Shown: piece by piece, positions 37,898-50,800 of the stretch
Numbering within the stretch: the first letter of the stretch is position 1
Layout of the letters: each line of letters opens with the position of its first letter
Source: Lepidodermella squamata
Taxonomy: Eukaryota > Animalia > Gastrotricha
Direction: 5' to 3'
NCBI GenBank assembly: GCA_047495785.1
Contig: JBLDXI010000025.1
Coordinates: 1,736,001 to 1,800,000, forward strand
Length of the DNA: 64,000 bases
The notes under the pieces: model-generated
Database searches by the model: none
Told to the model about the DNA's origin: nothing
Seen by the model: only the letters and a program-made list of their open reading frames with translations
Program-made: the position numbers and the translations under genes

Positions 37898-40800
37898 TTA
37901 ACGTTTAAAACTACAATTTATAGAAATAAATTGTTGCAGTTCAACGCATGCAGATAAAATAGCTAATTGCTGAAGTTTGGCCGTAATTTCTTTTGGAATG
38001 GCATCGATTCGACGCGCAAGATAGACTGGCGTTTTGCCTGTTTTGTCTTTCATATCCGCCAAGAATCTCGCATAAGGCAATCCCAGTATGTATGTTGCGA
38101 TATTATAAGACTTGTTAACCAGAGCTAAGTGCAGCACATTTTGCTGGTTGCTAATATCCGTGGCCCATAAACTGGCACCGCTTTTCAATAAGAACTTGAA
38201 AATCGTCAAATTATCATTTTTAGTTGCAACGTGAAGCGGTGTTTGACCTTCGTTCGTTCGCGATTCAATTGTTTGCCAGGAAAATTTCAGCAAATAATCA
38301 AGGCAATCGGGGCCATTTAATCCATTAGCTGCATGATGAATCGGTAACCATTCGGACGCAGCGACCTTCAGCTCAGTCCCGGGAAAGTGCTGCAGGGCCC
38401 ATTTGAAGAGATCTGAATTACCAGATTCCGCGCTCAGATGAACGACTGTATCGCGATCTTCAGATGTCGCTTTCACGTCGGCTCCTCTTTTTTCAAGCAG
38501 TTTAACGGCCTCAAAGTGACCGTACTTGGTTGCGATTAGGAGAGGCGTTAAGCCGCTTTTATTCTTCAACTCCAGATTCACATTTGGAGCATCGAGAAGC
38601 CTAGTGATCACGGCAATATGTCCTTTGCCAGCAGCTATGGATAAAGCTGAATACCCGTGTCTATGAACTTCATTGACACAGCCAGGATGCTTCTCCAACA
38701 AGAAGTCCACGACATCCAAATGACCGTAATAAGATGCGACATGTAATGGGGTAAGCTCATTCTCAAGGCATTTAACATTGAAATTCGTCACAGCTCCGTG
38801 AAGATGCATCACCACATCTAAAGGATAGCTCTTTTTTCTGCAGCAGATTTCTTTTTTCAGCAGCAGAATACTTTTTTCTGCAGCAGATACTTTTCCCAGC
38901 AGCAGATACTTTATTCAGCAGCAGATTATACTTTTTTCAGCAGCAAATTTTAAATTATCGATTTTCATTAAAAAAATGTACCCATTTTGATAGACACGCT
39001 TTCCTGAGTTCAAATATGTATACATATTTCGTTACATATTTCGTTATAAGCAGCAACCGCGCCTAAAATGATTTATTTCCATATACTCGTCATTACTCTT
39101 ATTAGATTTAACATCCGAGAATGGAAAGTCAGTTAATTCAGTCTGTTCTATCAAGAAAAATTCAGCGGCCTAGGGCCATGTAGTGTGCACCCGTGTAAAA
39201 CAAGGATATAGTCTTTTTACGGCCTTTACCGCTTTTCAAGGGCAAGATTTCAATCAAAGGGCATTCAACTAGCCGATGCCGTCGCCCAGTCGGGGAACCG
39301 GTTTCCTGAGTAGACATAGACTACCGCCTTTCCTCGCACCCGGGCCGAAGTCTCCACGTCGGATTGATCAGGGGAGCTTTTTATGGTAGAAGGCGATGAC
39401 AACAGTAGTTCTCTCATAATCAATTTGATTTAAACTTTGTGCTTGAATCACATAAATATTTCAAACGAACAGTTGTGAAAATAGCCGGTCGCGTGCGCTT
39501 ATTTTGTAAACAGCACGTGTTCATCTAATGCTGCCCATTTCATATGGGAACTTATGTATTATTGAACTCATGAAAACGTGTCTATCAAAATGGTTACATT
39601 TTTTTAATGAAAATCGATATTTTAAAATTTGCTGCTGAAAAAAGTATAATCTGCTGCTGAATAAAGTATCTGCTGCTGGGAAAAGTATCTGCTGCAGAAA
39701 AAAGTATTCTGCTGCTGAAAAAAGAAATCTGCTGCTGAAAAAAGGTTTCTTCCATCTAAAGAGCCGCTGGATGCACCCAAAAACGCAGCAGTAGCATTCT
39801 CAGGTTCATGGCTTCTCTGTTCAATGTCGATTTTTAGATTTTTCAGAATGAACTTGACGACATTGAGGCGCCGCTTCACAGCAGCTGCATGCAATAGGTT
39901 GTAGCCATTAAAATCAGTTTTATCGCTTAGTTCAGGTCTTCGGCTTAAAAGTAGGGTCATCGCCTCTAAATGGCCTTCTCTAGCTGCGATGTGAGCGACT
40001 GTTCTGCCCACGATATCAACAGCCATGATATCAGCCTTTTCTTGTGAAATCAAATAGTGAATTGTGTCGGTCGAACCGGCAGATGCAGCTTGTAGCAGGA
40101 TGGTCCTTTCGGAATCGTAGCAGTCTCTGTGTTCAATGACAAGCTTCTTGCAGTTGGTTGGAACTTCGCTGAGAAGGCTTTTGAGCCGATCAAGATCTCC
40201 AGCTTTTGCAGCCTCGTGAAAGGTTCGAAATTCGCCATCCTACGAAATGTAGGCATACAATCTATAAAGTATTCATTATGTTTACGCAAAAATAGAAAAA
40301 GGGTTCCATAATAACGAAGTCCTGGTAATTTGATCAACTTTCAGATTTTCCGAATCGCATAATTTTTTCACGTTCCACTGAACGTTCGATTCCCAATAAC
40401 AACATCTCGAATTACGTGATTTTGAATGAACGCCTAGAATGAGCATTTTTTCGAAAGCTATCAAAAAAAGCACACCTTGATGGCATCTTCCAGCTTTTGT
40501 TGAGCCTCTGCGAGATTTACGTTTGCATCTTCAGCCAGAACAACACTAATCTTTTCGATCATTGACGAATTTTCCCATTTGAGCGATATTTTCGATTGAG
40601 CAACCTGGCAGTTCTCCACTCCCATCAGCTCATCGATCTTAAAAATTTAAACATGAGATTATTGCGATTTTCGAAATCCAATTAAAAATGAACCTTTGCT
40701 CGTTTTTCTTTCGCCATGTTGTAAAAATCGAAGAATTTCTCGCTCGAAGCGTAAAGTAGGGTATCTTGCCCAATTTCTACAGACATATTTTCTAATTTTT

Positions 40801-41604
40801 CTAATCCGTCGAGCTGATCGTGAGATACTAGGCTGTTCAGCGATTCAAGCCGCTCTTTCTCGAGATCAGCCACCTTTCTTTTCAGGTTTTCCACCTGCTT
40901 CGCCATCAACTTCCGAAAATCCTCTATTAAAACTTCACTTGATTGTTCGATTTCTTCAACAACAGCTCTCGCATTTTCGCTGATTTTCGAGCGGATTATA
41001 TCAGCTTTTCTATCAATATCTTCCAAGTTAGTTTCGTAAATGTTTCGAAGCTGGAAACGAGAGCAAAATAATGAGAAGTTACGATATGATAATATTTTCT
41101 ATTTTTACTTTGTTACACGAAAAGGTAGCCTCGAGTCGAATTCGTTCCAGGTGAAGAAAGAAACAGGAAGGGCAGAATTCTTGCTCGCAATGTTCACAAA
41201 TTTGCAGGTCCGACCTGGCCAAAACACGCAAATGGCAGCAATTTTCGCCCGGTTGCCATTTTGGTTCAGAATCGAACTGTGTCTTCAATATCACAACTGC
41301 CCTTTTGACAGCGTAATTGATCTTCAATGACTCGATGCCATCTACGGTAATAGTAGTCTTGGAGCGGCATTCAGGGCAAACAAGACCATCGTTGCTATTT
41401 CTAGCCAAGTTTTCCAGACAAGGAGCGCAAAATGAATGTCCGCAGTTAGGCAACATTTTAGCTTCTGAGCGCAAGTCTAGACAGATCGAACAGCTTAATG
41501 CCTGCAGAACGGCATGACAAGCCTCAGTTAAAATCACTGACAACAGCTAGCAATAACCAAACCTCTGAAATGGCACTTCTTGGCGTTGCTGCGCATGCTG
41601 ACAT
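37898..41604 (-). pseudogene. TRIM-like RING-Bbox-coiled-coil-ankyrin gene A3, ankyrin exon interrupted by a MITE
   Basis: A-type exon structure; removing 38824-39752 and one TSD copy restores ...GASSGSLDVVMHL... in frame. Confidence 0.8.
38824..39752. mobile_element. Non-autonomous Mutator-like element (MITE)
   Basis: About 190-bp inverted termini built of TTTTCAGCAGCAGA subrepeats; 9-bp TSD CATCTAAAG at 38815-38823 and 39753-39761. Confidence 0.9.
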
Positions 41605-42034
41605 GCTGTTCTGCAGAGAATCAACCGATAACAAGATAAGTCTACAGCGAGGGAATACACATTTGAAAATATCCTGCCAACCAAAATACAGAGAAGTAAG
41701 ACAGAGATATGAGTACACTTTTTATTTCAATGGTATTGATAGGTAATAGCTAACAATTGAAATATGAAATTTGGAATTTTCGATTGGCCCAAGCGAGCTA
41801 TCAGACAACAACAACTATAAAAACCCTAACAATGCTCATCTATTTGGGTTGGGGAGAAAACATCAGAAATACTGGTGGTATTCGACAGACTTGGCGCAGT
41901 ACGACTATAGACGCGCCCTTCTCAACAGCGAAGTTTCCTGGTTAAAAATGAAAGAAGCAAACAATATTGTTGGACTTGATAAAATTTTACAAAAGGAATG
42001 AAGAAATAGTACAAATGAACCATCTTAGTCTCGC

Positions 42035-44677
42035 TTATTGCATCCTAGCCCGCTTCCGACTGCCATTGCTCTTCGGGAGAGAGTTGGCTGGGGATTTTTC
42101 GCTTGTAGCTGAGCTCAACACCACGCGATTTCCGGGTTGTATCGTGGCCAGAGGCAGTTGACACAGCAGCTTTAGATCAGGAAAATCGGCGGGTGCGAGT
42201 TCCCGTGGCGTTTTGCCAGCATTATTCTTCGCAGCATGAAAACGCGCCAACGTGTTTTGTTCGATACAGAATTTCACGATTTTCACGCTTTTGTACGCCA
42301 CTGCCAAATGTAGAGCATTATTGCCGTCATCATCAATATTGAACTCAAAATTTGCTCCATTGCTAAGAAGATACTCAAAACTCAAAACCTTGTCGGTTCT
42401 CGTGCTAATCAACAGAGGAGTAGGCTGTAGATGATGCCGCGCTATGAGGTTGACTGGCAAGTTATATTTCTCGACGAAAAACGCCAGAATGTCTCTAGCG
42501 ATTGCGTCGTCCTCGCCACTCGCCGCACAGTGCAAGCAGTTGCCGCCTCGACCGTCGATAGCTTTATAACTTTTCGGGGATTTTTCGAGCAAGTATTGAA
42601 CAATCGCCAGGGGGCCGAATCGAGCAGCGCCGTGGAGAGGGAGATTCGGGCACATCATGACTTGGTTAACATCGAAGCCATTGTCAACCAGGAGTTGAAC
42701 GGCCGCCAAGCTCTTACTGCAAGCAGCGAAGTGAAGCGCTGTCGCTCCGTTTACTTTGTCATTTCGACAATCTTCTAACAGCAGCTTCATAACTTGCAAA
42801 CTGCCCCTTCGGGCAGCGAACAAAAAAGGAGTGAAACGCAAATCGTTGCTAGCCAAAACTACAGTGGGATCGTAAACTAAAATTCCAACTCTTGTGACGA
42901 TCCATATAACACAAATAAGGAACAGTACCTCTGATCAAGTCAACGACTTCAGCATGATCCTTCTCCGCAGCTAGGTGGATAGCTGTGTTGCCATAGGCGT
43001 CGCGAATCGAGGCGTCAGCACAGTGATTCAGCAGAAATTGAACGTCATTTTTATAACCTTTCGAACTAGCTAACATGAGTGCCGTTGAGCCATTGAAGGT
43101 AGCGTTTACAACACGTCTCAGAGCTTCGAAAACTCTAGGCGGAGCGAAATCTCCTACAATTGCCATCATATGCAATGCAGTTCTGCCTTCATTGTCAATA
43201 GCTTCAGCTAGCGTCGGGTCGACTTCGAGTAGATTCTCGAAAACTTCAGGATGCGCGACGGCTAAATGGAGGGCTGTCATTCCAATGGTATCCCTCATTT
43301 TAGTTTCTGATCCAAATTTCTCCACGAGGAGCTTAACGCATTGAGTAGACCCTGATGCGGCGGCTTGATGAAGCAAAGTTCGGCCGTTATCCGAAGTATC
43401 CTGATGTCGAACGATGAGATTCAAGCCTGGCTCTGATAAAACCGACAGCATATCAAAATTTCCAGACTTGGCCGCTGCGTGAAAATCAGCATAAAAAAGA
43501 TCCTGAAAACAGCTCAACAAATTATTCAACTAAGATGATTGCTTCCTAACCTTCGCGATTTCGAGCTCTGAAGATTTCTTGGATAGTTCTACCGAAAACC
43601 TTCTATTGATCAAGTCTTTTTGGAAGGTGGCTATGATTGGATCCAGGGAAATCGAGATCTCGGCAGCGGCCATTTCGCATAATTCTATTTTGCGCATTTT
43701 AGCGACCTGTAAATTTCAAACAATGGACAAGAGTAAGAAAATAAGCTAATTGTCAACCTTCTCGCACCTCTCCGTGATGAGCTTGTGTAAACTAACAAGT
43801 TTATCACCTGGATTGAACAGAGAAGACGTTTTTATAACATCGTTGAACATGCCCTCGATTTCGGATTTGGAATCGTTTTCCATCGCGTACTTCATCAAGT
43901 TTTCTATCTGTTTTGTCTTCATTGCATGGACCTGAGAGATCAGTTGCTGACAGTGAGACTTGATAGCTTCCTGAAGGGTTGCACTCAATCTTTCTCCGTG
44001 TGCTAAAATCTCTTTTTCTGCATTCGAGGCGTTACAGGTAATTTTAGCAGTCATGACTTCGAGCTGAGATTTGTATTGAGACTTGGCAGGGTCGAACTGA
44101 ATATCCAACTGAAACAAAAACGAAATTGTTAAAATTGGGATATAACACGAATCTCTGTATTACCCATCCTTTGGCGAGACTGATTTCCCCTCTCAAGAAT
44201 TCAAGGTGAGCTATGAAGCAATATGCGCAGAAAGTTTCGCCACAATGACCGCAAAGCCTCGCATTATCTTTAGACAGACCAGCAAGATGAACGCATGACT
44301 CCGCAAACTTTGCTTTCTTGAAAGACTCATTCTCTTGTTTCAGGACTTCCAAGGCTCGTTTTACAGGAAAATTAGCTGGAAAAATAAAAAATCCTAAATC
44401 GCTTTCATAATTTTCATATTGAATTACGTTTAATGGAATCCGCTGAAACGCTCGCCGAGCTACGAAGACCAATTTTCCGCCTTTGGTTTGCAGATTGCTC
44501 AGCATGGATTCTACGCAGTTGGCGCAAAAAGTGTGCCCGCATTGCGGCAAATTTTTTGGGTCTTCAAGCAGCTCAAGGCATATAGAACAGGTAAGGGCCT
44601 AGGAAAAACGCTGCTTTTCGAAAAATTAGAGCTATAATTGAATTTACCGCCTCGAAAGGACAGCTCAATCTGGACAT
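42035..44677 (-). pseudogene. TRIM-like gene B3 with a frameshifting deletion in the RING
   Basis: Relative to B2, GTCCTGAATGC is replaced by T (net -10 nt), removing the final CPEC; downstream exons look intact. Confidence 0.72.
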
Positions 44678-44850
44678 AAGATCCCAGAATTAGAAATCGA
44701 AATTTCAATAATTAAAGATCCTTCAACGTGAAAAATCTAGGAAAAAAATCACAAATTCTTCGATTGTTAACAAGCTTTATTCCATTTATGCAATGTTAAA
44801 AGACGAAATGATACAAATGAGATTAAGTATAACTGGGAATACGGTTCGTA

Positions 44851-47800
44851 TCACATTTTCGCGCCTTTGGCTTTAAGCAATTCAACAAGTTCTTCATGTT
44901 CCTCTTGCAAGGCCAAAGAAAGCGGCGTATCACCATCGCCATCCTCGGCATTCAACAAATCCGGTTTCGCCCCAAGTAACACCCCAACAACCGCCGAGCA
45001 GCCATAGTAACAGGCTGAATGAATAGGCAACGAATCATCGTCAGCCAGCGCCATCAAATCAGCACCTTTTCCAATGAGGAATTTCACGGACTCTACATGG
45101 CCTTCAGTCGCCGCAGTGAACAGAGCTGTCCATTTCAGGCCATTCCGAACCTCTAAATCCATCTTAAAATCATCTATCAAGCATTTCAGTACTTCTATTT
45201 GATCATGTCCAGCAGCCTCGTGGATAACTTTATTCCTCGATTCGCCACATTCGATGTCTAATAACTCAGGTTTCGCCTGCAATAGGTATTTTACAACATC
45301 GACATGGCCAAATCTAGCCGCCCAATGTATGCAAGACATTTCATTCTGGCCGTAGCGATCTTTGACCAAATAATTAGCGCCCTTCTCGATCAAATATTTC
45401 ACAATCTCGAGGTGGCCGTCGAAACTTGCGTAAAGAAGCGGAGTAGTGTTGAAGAATGACCCTGCCTCAATATCAGCCGATTTTTCTTCAATTAAAAACT
45501 TTACAAGGTCAATGTGACCATTCTCAGCGGATATTGATAGGCAGGTATCTCCGCAAGCGTTTTCAGCCTCAATCATTTCGTCACCTCCTTTTTCGAGTAA
45601 AAACTCAACAATTTCTTTGAAGCCATAAGTAGCGGCTAAATGAATAGGTAAAGAGCCAGAAATCGAGTCTCGAGCCCATAAATCGGACCCTAGCTCATCC
45701 ACCAGGTACTTCACAACTTCTAAATGGCCATTTCCAGCCGATTGATGTAGCACTGTTCGACCGTGAAAATCTTTATCGCGATGTTCAACAATGTATCGGA
45801 TGCAGTTTTTTGGTACGCTGTCCACAGATGCGAAAATTTGCTTCAATTGATCGATATCTCCGACACGAGCTGCCATATGAACCCGCATTGTTAGAGGCAA
45901 AGCTGTTAGGAGGTGCCGCTTATCACTTTCTTTCACGTTATCGAGGTTAAAAGATGCGACTGAATTTAAATCGATAACGCCATCTTTAGCCAGACCTAGG
46001 CCCAAATATTCATTCAGCATTGACAGGAACATGAAGCCACACTAGAAAAGAAGGGCGAGAATGAAAAATTAAGGTGACTATTTCAGACAGTTACCTTCAG
46101 CTCTTTCGAAGTCAAGGTTTCGTGATAGTTAGCCAACTTATCAATCGGAACATACAGTAGTGAATTTTCGTTGATTTCAGCAATTTGCTCCACGATTTCG
46201 TCCAATTTCAGTAATTTCATCGCTTCTGATGCAGTTTCGCGGTCGATTGCATCCCTAACACATTCGGCTATCAAGTCAGAATATCGGCATTTCTTTGCTT
46301 CAACGTCATTTTCATCACTGTTTTCAGATTCGAGAGGGCGCTTGGCGACATTAGCTTCGGCAGCATTTTCCTTATTGCTTTCAGTTTGGTTTTTCTCCTC
46401 GCTTTGTGGGTTTCTCCTTGTCATTAAACCAAAAATAAGAGGCGCCGCTGAGTAGAATCGATGTTCAAGCTAAAATAAATAAAAATTGAACAATTCGTCA
46501 ACTCATTTTATAATATTTAGTCCGAAGAATTTTTCAAATTATACACTGATAGACCCCCGATAAAAGAATTCCCTCGTTTGAAGAGCCTGTTTGATTGATC
46601 CCTTTAATTTGATTTGTTTAAAAGCAATTCAAACTCGTGTAATCAAGAAAGGAGCCCCTGATATTAACCTAGCCGTGCGACCAATGAACCTGCTGTTCTT
46701 GCGAAGAAAAGGATGCGGGAATTCTCGGATATTCTTACGAACCGAGCAGTTTTTCAGCTGGTTGAAATTGCTCGTCAATAGTGCATCCATGTCAGCGATA
46801 GCTAGATGCTAATGATGGCCCTAAGGATACACCCCCGAATTCACCCGGGGATGACAGTGTTCAAGGCGTCCAACGGCTGGCTTGACAACCTGAAGAAAGG
46901 TTCTGGGCTGAGGTCGGTGAAAATTCACGGAGAAGTATGCCGATATCGCCGCGACCAATCAATTTTGGGCTGACCTAAGAAACCTGATAATCGAGAACGG
47001 CTTTCAACTGGACGAGTTGTATAATTTTGAATTATTAGAAAAAGCGAATGGAACTCCTGAAAAAACCATTCGCTTTTTCTAATAATTCAAAAATCATTAA
47101 ATAATTCACCGGAAACCTGAAACGGAACTGATACTATCATGGCACTCTGACTACTCTACTGCGGCTGCACTTTCTTTTTTCACCATCGAGCTTCCTTCCT
47201 GGATATCATGCTCATTAAATAAATAAATAATAAATAAATAAATGCTGATGTACTGGCACAATAAGTCCAATGAGTTCCGAAAAGACATAGTCCTGCCAGT
47301 TGGAGACGATGGGCATGGTAAGAAGATGTCTTGCACGATTGATTTTCGGATAGCAGAACCTAATGGAGAGTTGCGGCAATTACACCTGACGGAGCAACAA
47401 CTATCTCAACTAAGCACGACAGCGGGAGGCTTTGAGTTGGCATGCTATTCTACTCCCCATGTTTATGTTTTTATGCTGCCCAAGACTGCTTTTGAAATCG
47501 CGCCTTGCTCGCTTCATCTGGAAAACTGTGTCACTGGCTCTGCTTTGTAAGCGTTAAGAACTCACACAATTATAGAACAGTTGCGCTAGATTCATGCATG
47601 CTCGCCACAACATTGAAATTTAAATTTAAATTTAAATTCAAGATGCTCACAAAATTGAAAAGGAGAACTTGGCTAGTGCAGTCAAGAACATAACGGAAGT
47701 TCTTGAGCGAAGCTCGAAAAACCTTACTGTGCAGATATCAACACCAAATCCGCAAAAAGTCAGCATTAGAAGAGCTAATCACTACGCGACCACAATTTTA

Positions 47801-50800
47801 GTTTTAAAACTATATGCACAAACTGATCTCATTATTAAAATGAAGTCGTTAAAGTGGCTTGCAATGACTGGTTCGATTTTCCATGACTCGGGCCCAAACT
47901 GGCACTTTGAGATTGTACAAGGTGCTTGTATGGCCGCTATGTGAACTTCTACAAACGTTGGCTACTTGATAATCATCAAAGGGCAAGAAACAACTGGACT
48001 CTCAAGGAAATGCAAATTAATGCGATTGAGAAAGGCTCAATGAGAGAAGTGTGTCTCAAGATTCAAAATTCTTGTGCAAGCTGCCAATGCTAATATTAGC
48101 AGCCGATCACGTTCGGCAAGCAGCGCACATCGACCTCGGCTTCGAGGGCACAAACCTCCTCAACTAAAGATCAACCGAAAAAACGCGTTCGTGGTTCGGC
48201 AAAACATTCCAAAATTCCCGACGAAAGTTTTATCATTAAGAAATGAGCTTGAACTTCCCAAGTACTCTAAGTACTCAAAACAAACACGAGAAGGATTTAC
48301 ACCCAACGCCTGAAGAGCTCGAAAGCAAAGCGAAAAGAGTACGCTTGACGGAATTCTTGGATCCACCTCAAGATGAGAATTTCGAGGCAACCAATCAGCA
48401 TCAGGCCGAAGAGCAATCAAACCATATTTCCAATTTTTTCAGCTTTTGAAATCCTGATTAAAACGCTGAGCGAATTCATCGTGAGACTGAATGAAAAACC
48501 CCCAAGTTAATTACAATTCCAGCGTTTCCTGGTACCGTCCACATACTTCCCATTGGAAATACGGCTGATGGACAGGCGGTTCATGAAATCGGAGAATTGA
48601 TTTGGCTTCGATCTCATCGAAACCTGAACTTCGAACATCACATTCGTGCGAAGACAGCATAAACTACATTAATGCAGCAAAAATATTGCACTCAACGGTG
48701 GTAAAAATTACTCTGTTTTGATTATCGGAAATTTCGAAAATTTCGAACTTCAATTTTCAAATTCCCAGTTTGGCTATCAAAAGTTGATAAGAGTGGTAAA
48801 AACAAGGCGCAGACGACTACCAGATTCGTGGTACGAAAGTACGCCCTCTGAAGAAAGGCCTCGACTGTGGCCACTACAGCTTCGATGGCACTCGAGTGGT
48901 ACCCGATTTCGCGACAAATTTCAATGAAGGATTTCCTCGACTGGCTCCACAGGAGCCGGCCAGAGGATATATAGGGACGCCTCTGCGAGCCCATGATGGA
49001 TCCCTACTACACGCAAAATACCTCAATCACAGAGGGTTCCTAAATCTACTCGATGATGGGCGACGGTGCAGCCAGTCGCTAAAACAGGCGGCGCGTGGAT
49101 GCGACATCTTCGTTGGCGTCGAGACACATGGACCAGCGGCTCACCTGGAACTAGTCGAAAATTCATCGAAGATCATCGAAAGTTTGGGAAATTTCCCAGT
49201 TCGGCTATCAAAAGTTGATAAAATAATAAAAATTGAGAAACGCTAATCCTTCTGGAAATACTCCAAATCGTCTAGGGACTTTCACTTCCTGATTTTAATA
49301 CGCATATCAAGAACTTTCGTTGGGATCGGCTCGCCAAGTACGAAGGAAGCCTCTTGGCAATTTCAAAATTGATGCGAAGACCAAGAAAATATCTGACAAT
49401 CTCAGCAGCGCACATTTGCGACACCGTTCTACAGACTAACATTCCTGTTGAGCAAATTTGTTTCGAAACGCAGAAAATTTGTACAAATCGAAGCATTGAC
49501 TAGTGTTACAGTCCGGCCTCAGATTGGGCGGCTATTCGCCGCTGTTTTATCCGAATGATTTGCGCGAATTGGCGAGTCTATCAGGGTTCCAGTGGCTGAG
49601 ATGGACTGGCAATCAATCCATGTCAAGAATAAGCGACTTCCTTCTAACTTTCAAATTCAGGCTCCTCGAAAAGCACAAACCGGCAAGAATGCCTAGGGCC
49701 TTCACTATCGACTGCTGCTATGCAGAAATGAATGCCATCTTGATGTCTTTCTGCAAAGCAGATGTAGCAAAATATCTCGCTGAGAGCTTTTCTTGGTTCC
49801 AGGCCACGACCAACGATGAGTTGATTAGAGTGCCGCAAGAAGCCATATTACTCTTCTTATGTTTTAACCATCTGATCAATGACCTCTCCCGAAGGTAATA
49901 ATTGTCATGAAACAGGGTTAATGCTTAATGCAGACATGTGCCTTTAGATTACCGCCTTCAATGGACAAGCAAAACAAGCGTTGGGCGCTCAAATGTTTTG
50001 GCATGATCCACAGGTATATTTCATTACCAGGATTCGGGGCAATTATTGTTAAATTCTTCGTAGATTCGAGCTGCCATATTTAGTTATCTGACGCACCGCA
50101 GCTAGGGAGCTATTCACTGGGTGCCTTGACTTGAAATTTAAATCGACGGGCAGCTTTCTCAATTCTCACCGCCCAGGTCGACTGGGAAAGTTCACAGATG
50201 GACCTGAGTCACACGCCGACACACGCTGCTGATCAACGACGATGCTATAAAAAAAAATTAGCTCTGAACACGTTGTCTAAATTCGAGTGCTATCTACATG
50301 ACATGAATCGCCAAGTCTGATTTCAACATTTGTTAACAATAAAATTTTACTCGGTTAAGTTGTATTTTGTCAATGTAAACAAGTTGGTAATGAGAGGATT
50401 AACCGCGCAGAGATCATTACTTATTGCACGGTGTGGTCCACACTGGTAAACTTGCATTGGGAAACTTGCAAGGGGAAAGTTGAATGAATGAAATAATTGT
50501 GAATATCGGTCGAAGAAATTTCATTTTTTCCCCAGGTCATTTCACGAAAACTTGAAAAAAAATTCAAATAAATATAGGAAACTAATCATTAATCGACAGT
50601 AATTTTTAATTTTTCTACTCAAAATAGTCTAAACAGTTTCGAGGAGTCGGATTTCGACATTTTTTCAACTTATCGACTACTTCTGAAAAATTCTAGTGTA
50701 ACCAAAAATTGTCCCACTTGGTTACATAAGTACCTGAAAATCCCTGAAAATTCAAGTGTCAAAATAAAAAATTCAACATTTCAAAATTAATTCAATTTAA

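Noticed and set aside
38824-38950. CAGCAGCAGA units as a CRISPR-like array
   Set aside because: No unique spacers; mirrored at 39630-39750 as part of the MITE TIRs
41771-42001. 76-aa plus-strand ORF between B3 and A3
   Set aside because: Non-ATG start, no motif, not conserved in the equivalent B1-A2 spacer
48500-49250. Weak LINE-like peptide (NLNFEHHIR) and a segment flanked by ~30-bp imperfect direct repeats
   Set aside because: Too degenerate to classify by eye
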